Notes: a model not told the origin generated them from the sequence alone. Shown: positions 7,808 through 18,843, counted from the first letter of the stretch. The stretch: 64,000 bases of DNA from Candidatus Bathyarchaeota archaeon (GCA_963726255.1 CAVSBL010000002.1:1088001-1152000), one strand, 5' to 3'. A program made the numbers and translations.

Positions 7808-9433
7808 TTAGTATTCCGGCTCCCCACCTCTCGGTGGTGGAGTTGGAGGCGGCTTAGCTGCGGCTATTACATCATCAACCCTAAGAATCATTGACGCGGC
7901 TTCGGCCGCGGACCGTATTGCTTGCTCCTTCACTCGAACTGGTTCTACGACGCCCTGCTTCCTCATGTCTTTGACTCCGCCTTTGAAGACATCGACGCCT
8001 TGCGACACACCTCCTTTCTTGCCATGCGCCGAGCGGAGGGCAACCATTATGTCAATGGGGTCAAGCCCCGCGTTCTCGGCTAGGGTCTTCGGAATCATTT
8101 CCAATGTGTCTGCGAAAGCTTCTATCGCAAGTGCCTCACGCCCGCCAACCTTACTGGCATAATCACTCAACCTCTTGGAAAGTTCGGCTTCAATTGCGCC
8201 TCCGCCCGTGACGATTTTTGGTTCTTGCACCAAATCGATGGTTACGGAGAGTGCGTCTTTGAGCGCTCGTTCAGCCTCATCGACTAAGCGCTCTAAGCCT
8301 GCACGGATAAGGACGCTAACTGACCGTGGGTCCTTGCAGCCTTCAATGAAGACCATCTTGTCGTCTCCAATCTTTCTTTCTTCAACAAGGTCTGCTTTTC
8401 CCAGGTCGCTGGCTTTCAGGTCGTCCAGGTTTGTGATGATTCTTCCGCCCGTTGCTCTTCCTAACTTTTCCATGTCTGATTTCTTGATTCTTCGTACGCC
8501 CAGTATTCCTTCCTTTGCGAGGTAGTGCTGTGTAGTGTCGTCAATTCCTTTCTGGCAAAGGACTACGTTTGCGCCCGAAGTTTTGATCTTGTCCACCATT
8601 TCCTTCATCATGCGAGTTTCCTCGTCAAGGAAGGCCTTCATCTGGGTCGGGTCCTCGATGCGTATTTCAGCGGATATCTCGGTCTTTTCAATTTCAAGGG
8701 CTGCATCTATAAGCGCAATCTTAGCGTTCTTAACCTGCTTTGGCATTCCTGGGTGAACAACTTCCTTGTCGACGATAATCCCCCTGACCAGTTGGGTGTC
8801 GAGGAGGCTTTTGCCTTCCTTCTTTACGAGCTGCACGTTGTCGATGTCGGCGTACCATGCATCGCCGCGCTTTTCCTTAACCAGTTGAATTGCCTCAATG
8901 GCGATGTCGGCGAAGTGTTCACGGGCACCACCTAAACCCTTGCTATGCATCGCCGTCATGGCAACTTTCTTGAGAGCAACTTTGTCCTCAAGTTTAATCG
9001 GTTCAGATAGGGAATCGAGAATCTGAATCGCTCTGTCCGCCGCCTTCTTGTAACCCGCAACAATGATCGTTGGGTGAACGTCGTCATCGAGCAAGTCTTG
9101 GGCTCGTTTCAGTAGCCCGCCCGCAAGGATTACCGCCGTCGTAGTCCCGTCGCCAACTTCATCATCCTGTGTCTTGGCAACCTCAACCATCATTTTCGCG
9201 GCTGGATTCTGAACATCAACTTCGTCAAGGACCGTGGCCCCGTCATTTGTTACAGTCACATCGCCGAGGCTGTCAACGAGCATCTTGTCCATTCCGCGTG
9301 GGCCCAATGTCGTTTTCACAACTTCAGAAACAATGATCGCCGCTGTAATGTTGCTCCGTTGAGCGTCGCGGCCTCTATTGCGGGTGGATCCTTCCTTTAG
9401 AATGAGTACACGTTGACCAGAGAGCTCGGACAT
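7808..9433 (-). CDS. ths: thermosome subunit (group II chaperonin)
   Basis: [16 protein letters not shown] motifs. Confidence 0.97.
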   Translation of the reverse strand: MSELSGQRVLILKEGSTRNRGRDAQRSNITAAIIVSEVVKTTLGPRGMDKMLVDSLGDVTVTNDGATVLDEVDVQNPAAKMMVEVAKTQDDEVGDGTTTAVILAGGLLKRAQDLLDDDVHPTIIVAGYKKAADRAIQILDSLSEPIKLEDKVALKKVAMTAMHSKGLGGAREHFADIAIEAIQLVKEKRGDAWYADIDNVQLVKKEGKSLLDTQLVRGIIVDKEVVHPGMPKQVKNAKIALIDAALEIEKTEISAEIRIEDPTQMKAFLDEETRMMKEMVDKIKTSGANVVLCQKGIDDTTQHYLAKEGILGVRRIKKSDMEKLGRATGGRIITNLDDLKASDLGKADLVEERKIGDDKMVFIEGCKDPRSVSVLIRAGLERLVDEAERALKDALSVTIDLVQEPKIVTGGGAIEAELSKRLSDYASKVGGREALAIEAFADTLEMIPKTLAENAGLDPIDIMVALRSAHGKKGGVSQGVDVFKGGVKDMRKQGVVEPVRVKEQAIRSAAEAASMILRVDDVIAAAKPPPTPPPRGGEPEY

Positions 9434-9680
9434 TTTTTTGTTACCTCAGGTGACTACTTTGCATAAAATCAGCCGGTAAATAAGCATTTTTCTATTCAAG
9501 ACTCAGTCGGTTCAAGAAGGTGATTGAACAAATACTCTCTAAATCGGACGCCCGCCTTCATCGATCCTTCGTACTAGCGAGAAATCTGGCGCGGACTATC
9601 TAGCGAACTTATTATAGCCGTCCCACCATTCGTCCACACGAAGATTTTAGAATTTTCGGGAACGTTCGAGGAAAGCACAT

Positions 9681-10382
9681 TTGCCCGTTAACCTCTTGGT
9701 GCGAACCAGCAAACTTCGGAATTGCACTCTCGTTACCGGATTTCATGGCGTAGGGGAAACGGGATACATTTCTGTCTCATATCTCGTTCATGCTCTGAAT
9801 GCAAAGAGAATAGGATTTGTTGATGTGGCCCACCCTCCCCCATTCATCGCAACATCCGAAGAAGGTCTAGTCACTCCTTTCGAGGTATACAGGGCTGGGA
9901 ACATCGTGCTGGTGAAGTTGGAGTTTTCTCCGCATAGGGCGGAGGAGGCAGAGTTCGCCAAGACTCTGGCGCGTTGGATTATGGAAAACAAATTCAAAGA
10001 CGCAGTCCTCATCGGAGGCCTAGACGGAGCCCTGAAATCGGGCAAGGACGGCGTGAGAATTGTTACAACTGGAGAGTACCCGGTAAGAGCGAAGAAGATG
10101 AAACACCCGAAACTTGAAGCAGGCCTCTTCGTCTACGGACCGTTGGCCGTCATGTTAGGGGAATTCGAAAAACTGAACTTTCCTGCAGTAGCGGTGCTGC
10201 CCTACGCCTCCGCTGAACACGCCGATCCTAAGGCCGCGGCCACGGCGATTAGGGCAGTGTCGAAAGCGTACGGGCTAAAGGTCGACGTCAGGGACTTGGA
10301 ATACGATGCCGAAGATATTGAAGAAGAAATAGATAAACGAATGCAGCAAACAGCCCGGTCACTGCGCGGGATGTACGGCTAA
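9681..10382 (+). CDS. PAC2 family proteasome assembly chaperone
   Basis: TGFHGVGETG, IGGLD, DPKAA. Confidence 0.85.
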   Translation: MPVNLLVRTSKLRNCTLVTGFHGVGETGYISVSYLVHALNAKRIGFVDVAHPPPFIATSEEGLVTPFEVYRAGNIVLVKLEFSPHRAEEAEFAKTLARWIMENKFKDAVLIGGLDGALKSGKDGVRIVTTGEYPVRAKKMKHPKLEAGLFVYGPLAVMLGEFEKLNFPAVAVLPYASAEHADPKAAATAIRAVSKAYGLKVDVRDLEYDAEDIEEEIDKRMQQTARSLRGMYG

Positions 10383-10452
10383 TGCAAAATTCATACGTTG
10401 GTGAAAAGTTACCAACCAGGTCAGATTCATGAAACAAATTAGCTGATTTCGA

Positions 10453-11709
10453 ATGCAATTGCGATTTCTAGGTGCCTGTCAAGAAGTAGGTAGGTCCGCG
10501 GTCGCGGTCAAAGGCGCCCGTAGCCAGATCCTGATGGATTACGGCGTTATGATAAACCACGAAGTGGGCTTCCCGGTGCACGTTTCACCGAAGGACCTAG
10601 ACGCAGTTGTCCTAACCCATGCTCATCTTGACCACAGTGGACTCATACCCCTCTTCTACGTCCACTCTAGGATACCAGTCTACGCGGTCGAACCAACCTT
10701 CAAACTTACCCGAGTGCTCGTGCGCAACATGATCAAACTCAGCGGTTACTTCCTACCTTATGAGTACATGGACCTAGAAACGATGATGAATCATACCGTT
10801 CCCGTCGAATACCATGCAAAATTCAAGGTTGGCGACTCTGAAATCTCGATGATCAACGCCGGCCACATACCCGGGAGCGCACAGATAATAGTTGAAAACG
10901 ATGGTAGGCGAGTGCTCTACACCGGGGACTTCAACCTAATTCCGACCCACCTTGTTCCCGGCGCTGATAGAGAATACAACAACTTAGACGCCATAGTGAT
11001 CGAAAGCACGTACGCTATGGGCGACCATCCAGATCGGGCTGAGTCAGAACGCAACTTCGTCCTTGCCTGCAAGGAGGTTGTGGAAGGAGGAGGGACCGTC
11101 CTTGTTCCAGCCTTTGGAGTAGGCCGGTCCCAGGAAATTATTTGCATGCTCGCCGACCACAACTTCAACCACAAAGTCTTCGTCGACGGCATGGCTTTGG
11201 ATGCGATTAGAATGTTAGAGCAGCATCCGGGCGCGTTGAAAGACGAACACCTTTTCCGAAGGGCCATGAGAGAAGCGGAACAAATCAAGAATTGGCATGA
11301 CAGAAGACGTGCAGCCCACACTGAGGGGGTGATAATATCGCCTGCGGGAATGCTGAAAGGGGGAGCATCTGTTTTCTACATGGAAAACATCGCGACTAGG
11401 CAAGAAAATGGTATCTTCCTCGTCAGCTACCAAGTTGAAGGCTCACCGGGCAGGATACTCCTAGACGAGGGCCGATTCATCTTGCACGGCAAGGCTAGGA
11501 CTGTGAATGCCCGAGTTGAAAAATTCGATTTCTCATCCCACGGCGGAAAAACTCAACTCGAAGAAACCTTGAGAGAACTTGACAAGAAAACTCGCGTGTT
11601 TGTCGTTCATGGAGAAGAGGGAAACTGTAAGCACCTGGCTGAATTTGCATCACAGGAACTAGGCCTACAAGCCTCAACACCCCGCCCAGGTGAAACATAC
11701 GACGTCTGA
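10453..11709 (+). CDS. beta-CASP/MBL-fold ribonuclease (aCPSF2-like)
   Basis: THAHLDH, AGHIPGS, FSSH, VHGE. Confidence 0.92.
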   Translation: MQLRFLGACQEVGRSAVAVKGARSQILMDYGVMINHEVGFPVHVSPKDLDAVVLTHAHLDHSGLIPLFYVHSRIPVYAVEPTFKLTRVLVRNMIKLSGYFLPYEYMDLETMMNHTVPVEYHAKFKVGDSEISMINAGHIPGSAQIIVENDGRRVLYTGDFNLIPTHLVPGADREYNNLDAIVIESTYAMGDHPDRAESERNFVLACKEVVEGGGTVLVPAFGVGRSQEIICMLADHNFNHKVFVDGMALDAIRMLEQHPGALKDEHLFRRAMREAEQIKNWHDRRRAAHTEGVIISPAGMLKGGASVFYMENIATRQENGIFLVSYQVEGSPGRILLDEGRFILHGKARTVNARVEKFDFSSHGGKTQLEETLRELDKKTRVFVVHGEEGNCKHLAEFASQELGLQASTPRPGETYDV

Positions 11710-12235
11710 AGTTCTCGGTGTAATTCAAGTCGGCCCAACGAATGATTATCCGCTTACCACGATTAGGGATCAACTCTCCGATAGGTTTCCGAACTTCGCG
11801 CTCGAAACTATGCGTCCGCTCCCCGAACCTTCGGAGGCCTACGATTCGTTTCGCGGCCAATACCACTCCACACGCCTCCTTGTGCTCTTGGAGGAACACC
11901 TGCGAACGCTGCGGGTGAACAGGTTACTAGGTGTGGCAGCCCTCGACTTGTACGTCCCGGGTATGAACTTCGTATTTGGCGAAGCCAGATGCCCAGGCCA
12001 AGTGGCAGTCATTTCCACAAGGCGCCTAAAACCCACCCCCAGGAACCAACGCTTGTTTCGGGAACGCGTGCTCAAGGAAGCTGTTCATGAAATTGGGCAC
12101 ACAATGGGGCTGAAGCATTGCCCTGACTCTGCGTGCGTGATGCATTTCTCTGAGCACATTGGCGATACGGATAAGAAGTGTGCAACGTTTTGCGTGGAAT
12201 GCCAGTCGAGTTTGAAGGGGCGGAAAGTTGAGTAA
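11690..12235 (+). CDS. amzA: archaemetzincin
   Basis: HEIGHTMGLKHC...CVMHFS...C..C. Confidence 0.92.
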   Translation: MKHTTSEVLGVIQVGPTNDYPLTTIRDQLSDRFPNFALETMRPLPEPSEAYDSFRGQYHSTRLLVLLEEHLRTLRVNRLLGVAALDLYVPGMNFVFGEARCPGQVAVISTRRLKPTPRNQRLFRERVLKEAVHEIGHTMGLKHCPDSACVMHFSEHIGDTDKKCATFCVECQSSLKGRKVE

Positions 12236-13079
12236 GAAATTCAAGGCCAAGCCGGCCCAGTTGATTCCTGAAATCTCCGCCATAGCCCTCGCAGGGCTGT
12301 TTACCTTTAGCCTTCAATCGTCCAACGCCCCCATTGTCCCCATTACCGTCTTCCCGGAAACAACGAGCGGGATCACACTGAACGCCGGCATCTTCGTGGT
12401 GTTGATGGCAGCGACTGGAACTATCATGTACCTCTTCATAAAATTCGGATTGAAGCGCCTCGTTAGGTACCTGATCAACCTAGCTCTCCTAGCGCTGCTA
12501 TTCTTTCTGTTCACTTGGTATGGGTCCCTGTACGAAACTTACTTGCCACCGTTCTTGAGCTCCACAAGCTTTGGTTGGCTCATCGTAAGCTTGCTGGGCG
12601 CGGTCCTGCTGGGGCTCTTGATCTACAAAGCTAAGGGGGCGCTGCATTTGGTTGGCATCGTCCTAATCGGCGGACTTACAGGAACATTCCTCGGCGTGTC
12701 CATACCAACATTAACAGCTGTCGCGCTCTTGCTGGCGCTCGCTGGCTACGACCTCTTCGCAGTCTACAAGGGCCCGATAGGGAAAATTGCTCAATCAACT
12801 GACCTAGAGGAGTTCACAGGGGCCGTATTCACGTACGGCGACTTAACCGTCGGGATGGGGGACATGGTGTTTTACTCTATGCTCGCTAGCAACTCAATGA
12901 TGAATTTCGGGCCTCTCCCATTCCTCGCCGCAGCAGTCGGTTTGCTTATTGGAGCTTACCTCGGGTTCAAGATGCTTGAAGGGCGAGATATGTTTCCAGG
13001 TTTGCCGTTCGCCATAATTCTTGGACTTGTCTTCATGTATGTGACTTCTCAGGTTTTAGTAATGCTAAAACCGGCCTAA
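12228..13079 (+). CDS. presenilin/SPP-like intramembrane aspartyl protease
   Basis: multi-TM; YD, GMGD, PGLP motifs. Confidence 0.88.
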   Translation: MSKKFKAKPAQLIPEISAIALAGLFTFSLQSSNAPIVPITVFPETTSGITLNAGIFVVLMAATGTIMYLFIKFGLKRLVRYLINLALLALLFFLFTWYGSLYETYLPPFLSSTSFGWLIVSLLGAVLLGLLIYKAKGALHLVGIVLIGGLTGTFLGVSIPTLTAVALLLALAGYDLFAVYKGPIGKIAQSTDLEEFTGAVFTYGDLTVGMGDMVFYSMLASNSMMNFGPLPFLAAAVGLLIGAYLGFKMLEGRDMFPGLPFAIILGLVFMYVTSQVLVMLKPA

Positions 13080-13103
13080 ACATGTGCCTTCCCAACAAGA
13101 AGC

Positions 13104-14429
13104 TTAACGCCTCAAAATCGCTACGAGGTACCAAACATTGAGAAAGGTGAACAGCGTTCCGGCCAGAAAATCCAAAGCATACCTGATTGGCCCAATAGAT
13201 TGAGACAAGGCCGATTCAATTTGCAGGAAGTTTGGATTAATCGGGGACAAGAATCGAATTAGGAAGTAGTTGTTGCTTACCAGGTAAATCAACGCGACGG
13301 CCATCATTAGGAGCAGCGTTTTTTTCCTCTTCGGGTTCCAAACCGCCACATCGATCGCAGACAGGGCGAACAGGTAGATTGCGTACTGCTCAGTTACGCG
13401 AGCTCTGAAGATCAAGAAGACCAGCGTAACAACAAGAAGCGATTGAACGAGGCCGTAATCTGTATCAAACCGGAATCTCTTGAACGCCACCAACGTAAAC
13501 CCTCCGACCAAAGGTATCCAAACGAACCCCAAGAGCCTGTAGAAGTCTGGTGCTGTCGAGGGCTGTAAGAAGCCCAAGTTACTGAGGTAGAAGAGCGAAT
13601 CCCAAACCGACATCGATTCTCCGCCACGTCCAGCAGCCGACAGCAAAGATGACCCAATCGAGGGAAGAGGCCAGCGCATCACCTGAAATACAATCGCCGA
13701 AAACAGAGCAACCAGCCCAATGGCCAAGGCCGACCAAACCAAATCGCGCTCCCGCTTCATAGCGATGGGAACAGCATAAATGATCGGAACCGACTTCGCA
13801 AAAATAGCCAGTCCTGTCCAAAGAGCACTTTTTGCGCGAGAAATGGACATTACCGAAATCATAACGAACGCCATCGCGATTGAATCGAACATTCCCCAGA
13901 TTCCTGAGATGATTATCATGAATGGCGACAAGAGCCAAAACATCAGAACCCAACATGAGCGGCGAGGCTGCTTGGCGGAAACGTAAGAATACAGTAAATA
14001 GGCTAGGCCCACATCGCCGGCAATCACGGGCTGTTTGAGCAAAAAGTAGTATGCAAACCTGTTGCCGAAGCCAATCAAAGAGTACGCAGCGTACATCAAG
14101 CCGGTTACCAACGGCCAAAAAGGGAGGTATGCGATTGTCGCCGTGTTTTGTTCTGAGAAAGTGCTGGAAAAACTGAGGCCTGGAACAGGTGGTAGAATTC
14201 CATAAGGGTCGCCGCCATGAGTGAATGCATAACCCAACCTCACCCAGAGCTCGAAATCTGAAGGATGCCCTGTCCAGAAGGAGAACACTTCCCGGATCAA
14301 TACTCCCAAGACGAGAATGAGTAGAACTTCTTTCTGTGAAGGAGATGGCACGTGTTTTCCTTGAGACATTAGCATTTCCTTCCTTGGCATTACTTTCCTG
14401 CGGAAAGCAATAAGCGACCCGAGTTTCAA
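13104..14429 (-). CDS. GT-C membrane glycosyltransferase (GT87-like)
   Basis: multi-TM; GHPSD, YLP, IWGMFDS. Confidence 0.75.
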   Translation of the reverse strand: MKLGSLIAFRRKVMPRKEMLMSQGKHVPSPSQKEVLLILVLGVLIREVFSFWTGHPSDFELWVRLGYAFTHGGDPYGILPPVPGLSFSSTFSEQNTATIAYLPFWPLVTGLMYAAYSLIGFGNRFAYYFLLKQPVIAGDVGLAYLLYSYVSAKQPRRSCWVLMFWLLSPFMIIISGIWGMFDSIAMAFVMISVMSISRAKSALWTGLAIFAKSVPIIYAVPIAMKRERDLVWSALAIGLVALFSAIVFQVMRWPLPSIGSSLLSAAGRGGESMSVWDSLFYLSNLGFLQPSTAPDFYRLLGFVWIPLVGGFTLVAFKRFRFDTDYGLVQSLLVVTLVFLIFRARVTEQYAIYLFALSAIDVAVWNPKRKKTLLLMMAVALIYLVSNNYFLIRFLSPINPNFLQIESALSQSIGPIRYALDFLAGTLFTFLNVWYLVAILRR

Positions 14430-14437
14430 AATCGGCC

Positions 14438-14731
14438 TTACTTTGCGAGCTTGATTTTCTTTGTGAATTTGATGTTTGAGAGAGTGCCCCAGTACTTGAC
14501 GATTCGGGGTATATCGTATCCGCAGACTTCAACTATGCCTGGGTATGGATCGGTGGTTGGCGCTGTTCTAATTCCTAGGAGCTTCGTGCAAGCGAAGAAG
14601 AAGTACGCTCTGCTTTTCGTGGTTACTGCAAATAGAATTCCGGTCTTCTCGATGAGCAGCTTGAACATGGTCTGCTCGTAGATTAGCTTCCTCATGTTCT
14701 GTCGCTCGGTCATCTCTTGAGTCGAAGCCAA
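14438..14731 (-). CDS. hypothetical protein
   Basis: fills the gap in the operon, overlapping the upstream GT2. Confidence 0.55.
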   Translation of the reverse strand: MASTQEMTERQNMRKLIYEQTMFKLLIEKTGILFAVTTKSRAYFFFACTKLLGIRTAPTTDPYPGIVEVCGYDIPRIVKYWGTLSNIKFTKKIKLAK

Positions 14732-15447
14732 GGCTCGGGTTTAGCGAAACCGTATAGGAACTTGAGGTAGAATATCGGGACATAAAGAATGTTCTTCATA
14801 CTTCGACTGTTCAAGCTCAGGAACACAATTACTTTCAGGCAGAATAGGAGCTCTTTGAACTTCGAGTCAGGCAGCATTCTTGTGTTCGCTCCTTCCCACT
14901 CAGGTTTGAATTCTCTAAATTGGGAGCGATGAACCATTGAATCGAGAACGTAGTAAGTTCTGAGTTTATACTCGTCGAGGCGTTTTTGAATGAAAAAAGT
15001 CTCCCTGGCATCTATGTAATTCGGCACGACCTTGCCCAAGAAATCGCTCTTGCGCAGCACAAGAAGACTGGCAGGCAGGCCGTAACGAAAGCGATGCCCG
15101 ACAGCCATCCCAACCACTGCACCGTATTCTCTTTTCTGAAGAACGCTGTAAGCGGTGTCAAAGAAATCGGCCCTTACTATCTCCACGTCGCTGTCGACAA
15201 AAGCAATGTACTTAGTATTCGTGGCACCGAAACAAAGCTGCCTAGCGTATCCTAATCCTCTTCTCTCAGAGATTACTTCTGCGTTGAATTGTTTCGCGAT
15301 CTGGACCGTCCGATCCACGCTGTGGTGGTCAACGACTAGGAAGTGTGCTCCAGGAACGCGCTTTCTGATGCTGCCGAGGCAGCGTTCTAAGGTCTTTGCT
15401 GAATTGTATGTGCAGACGCAGAAAGTGAGTTCTCTCTCCTTTGTCAA
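14710..15447 (-). CDS. glycosyltransferase family 2
   Basis: CTYNS, VVD..S.D, FVDSD. Confidence 0.9.
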   Translation of the reverse strand: MTKERELTFCVCTYNSAKTLERCLGSIRKRVPGAHFLVVDHHSVDRTVQIAKQFNAEVISERRGLGYARQLCFGATNTKYIAFVDSDVEIVRADFFDTAYSVLQKREYGAVVGMAVGHRFRYGLPASLLVLRKSDFLGKVVPNYIDARETFFIQKRLDEYKLRTYYVLDSMVHRSQFREFKPEWEGANTRMLPDSKFKELLFCLKVIVFLSLNSRSMKNILYVPIFYLKFLYGFAKPEPWLRLKR

Positions 15448-16691
15448 CCTGCGGCTCTCCGATGGTAGACAGCGAGAAAGTGGTCGCCCAGGTGGTTCAT
15501 CGGAAATGTCTTCCCTAAGTTGAAATCAAATGATTTCCACAAACCGAATAGTTTCCGGGGTGGAAGATACTTTGTGAGATTCGATGGAGGAAGGGTAATT
15601 ACAACCCCGTAGACTTTCTTCAATTCGAAATAGGGATTGACGATCCTCCCGAGTGATGCTACTGAAAACGCATTTGTCGCGACGCAAAACCTGGACTTTC
15701 CTAGTGGTACGGGGTTACGAAACCTTGCGAATGCGAGTTTAGGTTTCAATTTGAAGGTGTACCCGAATATTTCGTATAGGCAATACTTGTTCCACACGCC
15801 GAGAACAAGAGGCGCCCGTTCCTTCAGAATAACGTGGAGAACGCGAATTGTTTCTTCTAACCGTGGTTCTGTATTGATTGCCCCGTAAGTAGAGCACGCT
15901 CCGTCGAGTTGGGACAGGCCTAGCTTTGTCATTTGTTCTTCCAGATGAACCGGCCTAGAATGGACGCCGATTATGTTGTCTGAGACGCCTGACTCCTTCG
16001 CCTTTGCGTTAAGCACGTCGACCATTTTGCTGGAGATGTCGGTGGCGATTACTCTGACGCCACGCTTTGCAAGGCTCAGTGTTTCGGTTCCGGTACCACA
16101 GCCTATCTCTAAGACGGTGTCCCCTGGCTTGAATAGCTGACTCATTACGGCGACAGAAACATTCCGCAGCCACGTGTTTACCGGGTTACCAAAGATATGT
16201 CTGTCGTAATCTTTAGCGACTGCGTCAAAGGCAGCTTCAAGGTCGCCATATATCACCTCGTCAAAACTTGCGGAGGCACTTTCCTGTACAATCAGTTCCG
16301 CGTAACTATGCTGGCCCTTGTAGTATTGGTTGACAACTGCCTTTCCATACTTTCGGGTGAATATCGAAAGCAAGGGGTCATCGAGCCCAGTAATCGTCTT
16401 CGTTTGCGCAACGCAGTTGAAGACCTTATCCTGAAAGAACAGCCGTCCCTTTGGGTTGCTTTGAAGATTGAGGAACCATCCTTGCTTACCCGTCCTCGCT
16501 GGAAAAACAATAATCTTGGTTCCTACGAAGACGTACCTGATCAAAACCTGGTGTGGGGTTCCACTGATGCGCCCGATGGTTTCGAGTCTAAGGTACTGGT
16601 TTTGCGCCGACGGCGAGTCCAAACCTGCCTTGGATGAAGTTGAGGTTCCCTGCATTTTGTCAACCTCACTCTCCCGTAGCCTTCCGCTCAA
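15444..16691 (-). CDS. split-barrel (Ddn/DUF385-like) domain fused to class I SAM methyltransferase
   Basis: LETIGRISG...WFLNLQSNP N-domain; VLEIGCGTG. Confidence 0.8.
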   Translation of the reverse strand: MSGRLRESEVDKMQGTSTSSKAGLDSPSAQNQYLRLETIGRISGTPHQVLIRYVFVGTKIIVFPARTGKQGWFLNLQSNPKGRLFFQDKVFNCVAQTKTITGLDDPLLSIFTRKYGKAVVNQYYKGQHSYAELIVQESASASFDEVIYGDLEAAFDAVAKDYDRHIFGNPVNTWLRNVSVAVMSQLFKPGDTVLEIGCGTGTETLSLAKRGVRVIATDISSKMVDVLNAKAKESGVSDNIIGVHSRPVHLEEQMTKLGLSQLDGACSTYGAINTEPRLEETIRVLHVILKERAPLVLGVWNKYCLYEIFGYTFKLKPKLAFARFRNPVPLGKSRFCVATNAFSVASLGRIVNPYFELKKVYGVVITLPPSNLTKYLPPRKLFGLWKSFDFNLGKTFPMNHLGDHFLAVYHRRAAG

Positions 16692-16778
16692 CCGTCAAGT
16701 TCCTTCGTGTTGGTTTGTTTCCGGCTAGTTGGCTCATGAGGCAGGTACTCTAGAGCGGAGGTGGCATATGGGCTTGAC

Positions 16779-17735
16779 CTAGGACCTGTTCCCAAACCTT
16801 TTCCACGGTATGTGCTTCCGCGTTGAGCTTACATTATCAGAGATTGCGAGGAGGATGGATGCGGCCTCACCCACCAGCGCCACGGGCAGAGCGGCGACCA
16901 GGCGCAGGGAACCCGCCAACGTTCTGATGAGGATCGAGAGACATAGAAGCGGATGCGACGTCAACATCGACTCCAAGGTTCTTGGTGGCTGACCAATAGT
17001 CTTCCAGATTTGAAAATGGCCGTAAACTATTCTTCGGCGTTGGCGAACGATGTCCACGAAGTTACGGGGAACATCAATCCTCACCTTAGCCGCTTCGCAA
17101 AACCTAATGTTATAGCCAGCTAGATGTGCCATTCCTGCCAGGTATGCACCGTCGTTCACGGTATCCAGTGGCAGTTTTTGAAGTGCCTTGGCTCGAAGCG
17201 CTAACAGTTCGTCACAGCAGCGATTGTTGAGGTCGCCATCATCTAGCTTCTGCAAGAATTCATTATGAACTCCCCAGATCAACCGCAGGACGCCGCCCGT
17301 TATTCCCCCCTCGTCGCCCACGACAGGGGAAGCGGAAACCATTCCAATGCTTTCGTCTCGGGCAATTTCATGCAGTAGCCTCGAAATCGCGCCGGGCTCA
17401 GGAATGGCGTCAGAATTCACGAGAACCAAGAATTCTCCATCAAGTTCTTCTACGATCTGATTAATCGCAGCTGATTTTCCTCGCCTCGTCGGTTCCTCAA
17501 TCAACACTAAACGTTGGTCTTGGCGCGCAAGCTCTCGCGCGAACCTCAAAGCTTGAGGGTCGCAGCCACTGGCGACCAGAACAATTCTTCTCAGCGTTAA
17601 GCCGGCTGGGTAGGATTCACTCGTGATGAGTTCAAGCAGCCTAGCCAAGTTTGCGGCAGAGTCCGCGGCACAGATGCCTATCGAGAAGCCGGTCTTGAGG
17701 ACACTAGCTACACGTAGGACAACACTCTGGCTCAT
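16779..17735 (-). CDS. glycosyltransferase family 2
   Basis: GKSAAIN, VNSD, ND, RQRRRI. Confidence 0.85.
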   Translation of the reverse strand: MSQSVVLRVASVLKTGFSIGICAADSAANLARLLELITSESYPAGLTLRRIVLVASGCDPQALRFARELARQDQRLVLIEEPTRRGKSAAINQIVEELDGEFLVLVNSDAIPEPGAISRLLHEIARDESIGMVSASPVVGDEGGITGGVLRLIWGVHNEFLQKLDDGDLNNRCCDELLALRAKALQKLPLDTVNDGAYLAGMAHLAGYNIRFCEAAKVRIDVPRNFVDIVRQRRRIVYGHFQIWKTIGQPPRTLESMLTSHPLLCLSILIRTLAGSLRLVAALPVALVGEAASILLAISDNVSSTRKHIPWKRFGNRS

Positions 17736-17765
17736 CGTCCAGATCCGCCCACCTTTACGATAAGG

Positions 17766-18725
17766 TTACTCGCCCCATAAAGCGAGGAGCCACTCGTAGA
17801 ACTTAGAGGTGTAGATGCAAGAGACGGGACTCATCTTCGTGCTAAAGACACGAAGGTTTTGGCCTCGCGAACTGAGCTTGAGGTTGGTTAAGTATGCCCT
17901 TATGTGGAGATAGCAACGTAGAACTGGAAAGACTATCCCTTCGGCCCAGTTGAGAAGAAATGAAAGCCGCATCGCGTCGTCAGCCCCAACCCTTTGATCA
18001 CCAGTGTCTCCCTTCAAGTCTTTGAGTTTTGCATTGTAAGGGAGTGAATAGAGCTCCCCCACCCAGTCGTTTCTTTGGAGTAGCTCTCTGTACTGATCTG
18101 AACCCGCGACGGGTTTTGCTTTGAGCAGTTCGCGGGCAAAGAGCGGGTTAGTTCTATTCATGTGAGATTCTTCATCGAAGCCTTCCTGGTCGTGGACGTA
18201 GCTCAAGCAGAAGAGAGAAAGGTGCGGCGGCCGCAAGCCCAAGAGCTTGTTCAATCTCACAAGAACCAACGTCATGAGAGCCGTGAGCCAGAGCCTATTT
18301 CGCTGCGTAACGATGAACAGGTCTATGTCGTCCCATTTGTCGGCGCTTCCGTAGGCAACGCTGCCAGTAACAGCAACTGTTCGAATGAAAGGCACTAACC
18401 GTGTCAAGACTCTCGCGAATTTCGCTGCCGAATCTAACTTCGCGGCGGACATCCGCTCTCTTTCCAAGCGAGAAGTGTCCGATTGGCTCGCACTTATGAG
18501 TAGGTAGCCGTCTTTGACTTGGAATGGAATGTCCGCGAAATCGTGCGTCGTCAACATAGATCGAAGTTGCTCGCCGGTAAGTTTCGTTTTCGGCAGAAAA
18601 TAAGTTGCCACTTCATCCAAGGTGAAAGGAAAATTGAGGTACTCCGATACCTTGAAGACTTTCTCCAGCCCTTCATGAATTTGATCGGAAACGACTTGAT
18701 TCTCCGCCGGAAGGGCTGTCTGCAA
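17766..18725 (-). CDS. Pol-beta-type nucleotidyltransferase domain protein
   Basis: TGSVAYG...DDIDLF. Confidence 0.8.
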   Translation of the reverse strand: MQTALPAENQVVSDQIHEGLEKVFKVSEYLNFPFTLDEVATYFLPKTKLTGEQLRSMLTTHDFADIPFQVKDGYLLISASQSDTSRLERERMSAAKLDSAAKFARVLTRLVPFIRTVAVTGSVAYGSADKWDDIDLFIVTQRNRLWLTALMTLVLVRLNKLLGLRPPHLSLFCLSYVHDQEGFDEESHMNRTNPLFARELLKAKPVAGSDQYRELLQRNDWVGELYSLPYNAKLKDLKGDTGDQRVGADDAMRLSFLLNWAEGIVFPVLRCYLHIRAYLTNLKLSSRGQNLRVFSTKMSPVSCIYTSKFYEWLLALWGE

Positions 18726-18843
18726 CTTGATTCATCCTTGAACTTTAGCTTGCAATTGTGTTAGGTGAATTTCGCACTCGATGACTGGCGAGGGTATAAA
18801 AGAATTACTACTACAAGCGTAGTAACTTGCAAGCCGGGAACGG

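Noticed and set aside
13579-14532. 317-aa alternative-frame ORF
   Set aside because: Overlaps the GT-C gene on the same strand and has non-protein-like composition
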